NCBI GenBank assembly: GCA_900088475.1
Contig: FLMG01000154.1
Location: 124,001-188,000 of the forward strand
Reading direction: 5' to 3'
Length of the DNA: 64,000 bases
Source: Hyphochytrium catenoides
Lineage: Eukaryota; Protista; Hyphochytriomycota
The notes below the pieces were generated by a model that did not search any database, was not told the DNA's origin, and was given only the letters and a program-made list of their open reading frames with translations. Position 1 is the first letter of the stretch, and each line of letters begins with the position of its first letter. The translations under genes were made by a program, and so were the position numbers. This document shows positions 63,601 through 64,000 of this stretch, piece by piece.

Positions 63601-64000
63601 TCCGACTCTCCTTAATCCAGTGCATCGGTTCCTAGCTTCCGGGCCACGTTGAAGCGTCCTTAACTCTTCAGTCCCTTCCCCTTGCTCCTGATCGGCTCTC
63701 TTCGTGCCCTGCTCCACTTCGGCATGACCCAATTTAGCGTCTTCGGCACTGTGGTTAAGCTGCTCCGACTGCTCTTCATTGCCTATTCTTTGTTGAGTCT
63801 TCGGTGCCTCCTCCCTCCTGCTCTCCTCCTTAGACCATTCTTCCGTCCGTGGCTGAAGGTTGTCAATCCGTTCCTGAGCATCTATCTCCGGCCTTCGCCC
63901 ATTACTCTGGTAATCGCTGGCTTGGTTGGGGGCGCCCAGCTGGCCGTTATCAGAGTTAGTCGATTGGCGACTAGAGTTGGCCACCCCCTTGAAGTCCCTG
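57686..64000 (-). CDS. DDT-WHIM-bromodomain chromatin protein (CECR2/BAZ/RSF1-like ISWI partner), 5'-partial
   Basis: DDT-like YELAEVVMVLNAFKKQLRLPEIS..DLEQAL; WHIM1 YKQLDIQNRVLLLHALCHW; WHIM2 PLGEDDNGHMYWYF; WHIM3-like WTVVSTSLEELEQL; bromodomain PFARPVD..PDYYAVIRHPMDLGT..DVLQIWSNCRLYN. The frame stays open to the window edge. Confidence 0.85.

Overview
Eukaryotic nuclear DNA from a compact, intron-rich genome (GT-AG introns in every junction I traced, standard code, four N-gaps). It is most likely a flagellated stramenopile: MCM5 carries SISGEYTEDIKKA, and AK7-like and radial spoke head genes are present. That assignment is an inference. No prokaryotic operons, CRISPR arrays, tRNAs, rRNAs or intact transposons were found. 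I stitched 15 genes together by hand across exons: a giant PKD1/REJ-EGF-GPS receptor (-), ankyrin protein (+), TPR protein (-), RPL39 (+), ABHD11-like hydrolase (-), AK7-like (+), MCM5 (-), 2-TM orphan (+), RSPH4/6 (-), small membrane-anchored orphan (+), SPOUT1 (+), ZC3HC1/NIPA-like (-), RFC1 (+), CFDP1/Swc5 (+), and a 5'-partial DDT-WHIM-bromodomain gene (-). The most interesting points are: (1) a polycystin-1-like receptor with an intact autoproteolytic GPS and a mucin stalk but no channel or PLAT domain; (2) an AK7 whose catalytic motifs are degenerate; (3) an orphan with a membrane anchor and a PP1-docking-like motif; (4) nearly strict strand alternation, with very close convergent stops; (5) E2F and CHR motifs upstream of both MCM5 and RFC1; (6) sense-strand CT microsatellites that point to hidden spliced non-coding transcripts; (7) two unrelated perfect 26-bp tandem duplications with TATC junctions. 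I did not find an unambiguous new multi-gene system. Exon boundaries are manual and unverified.
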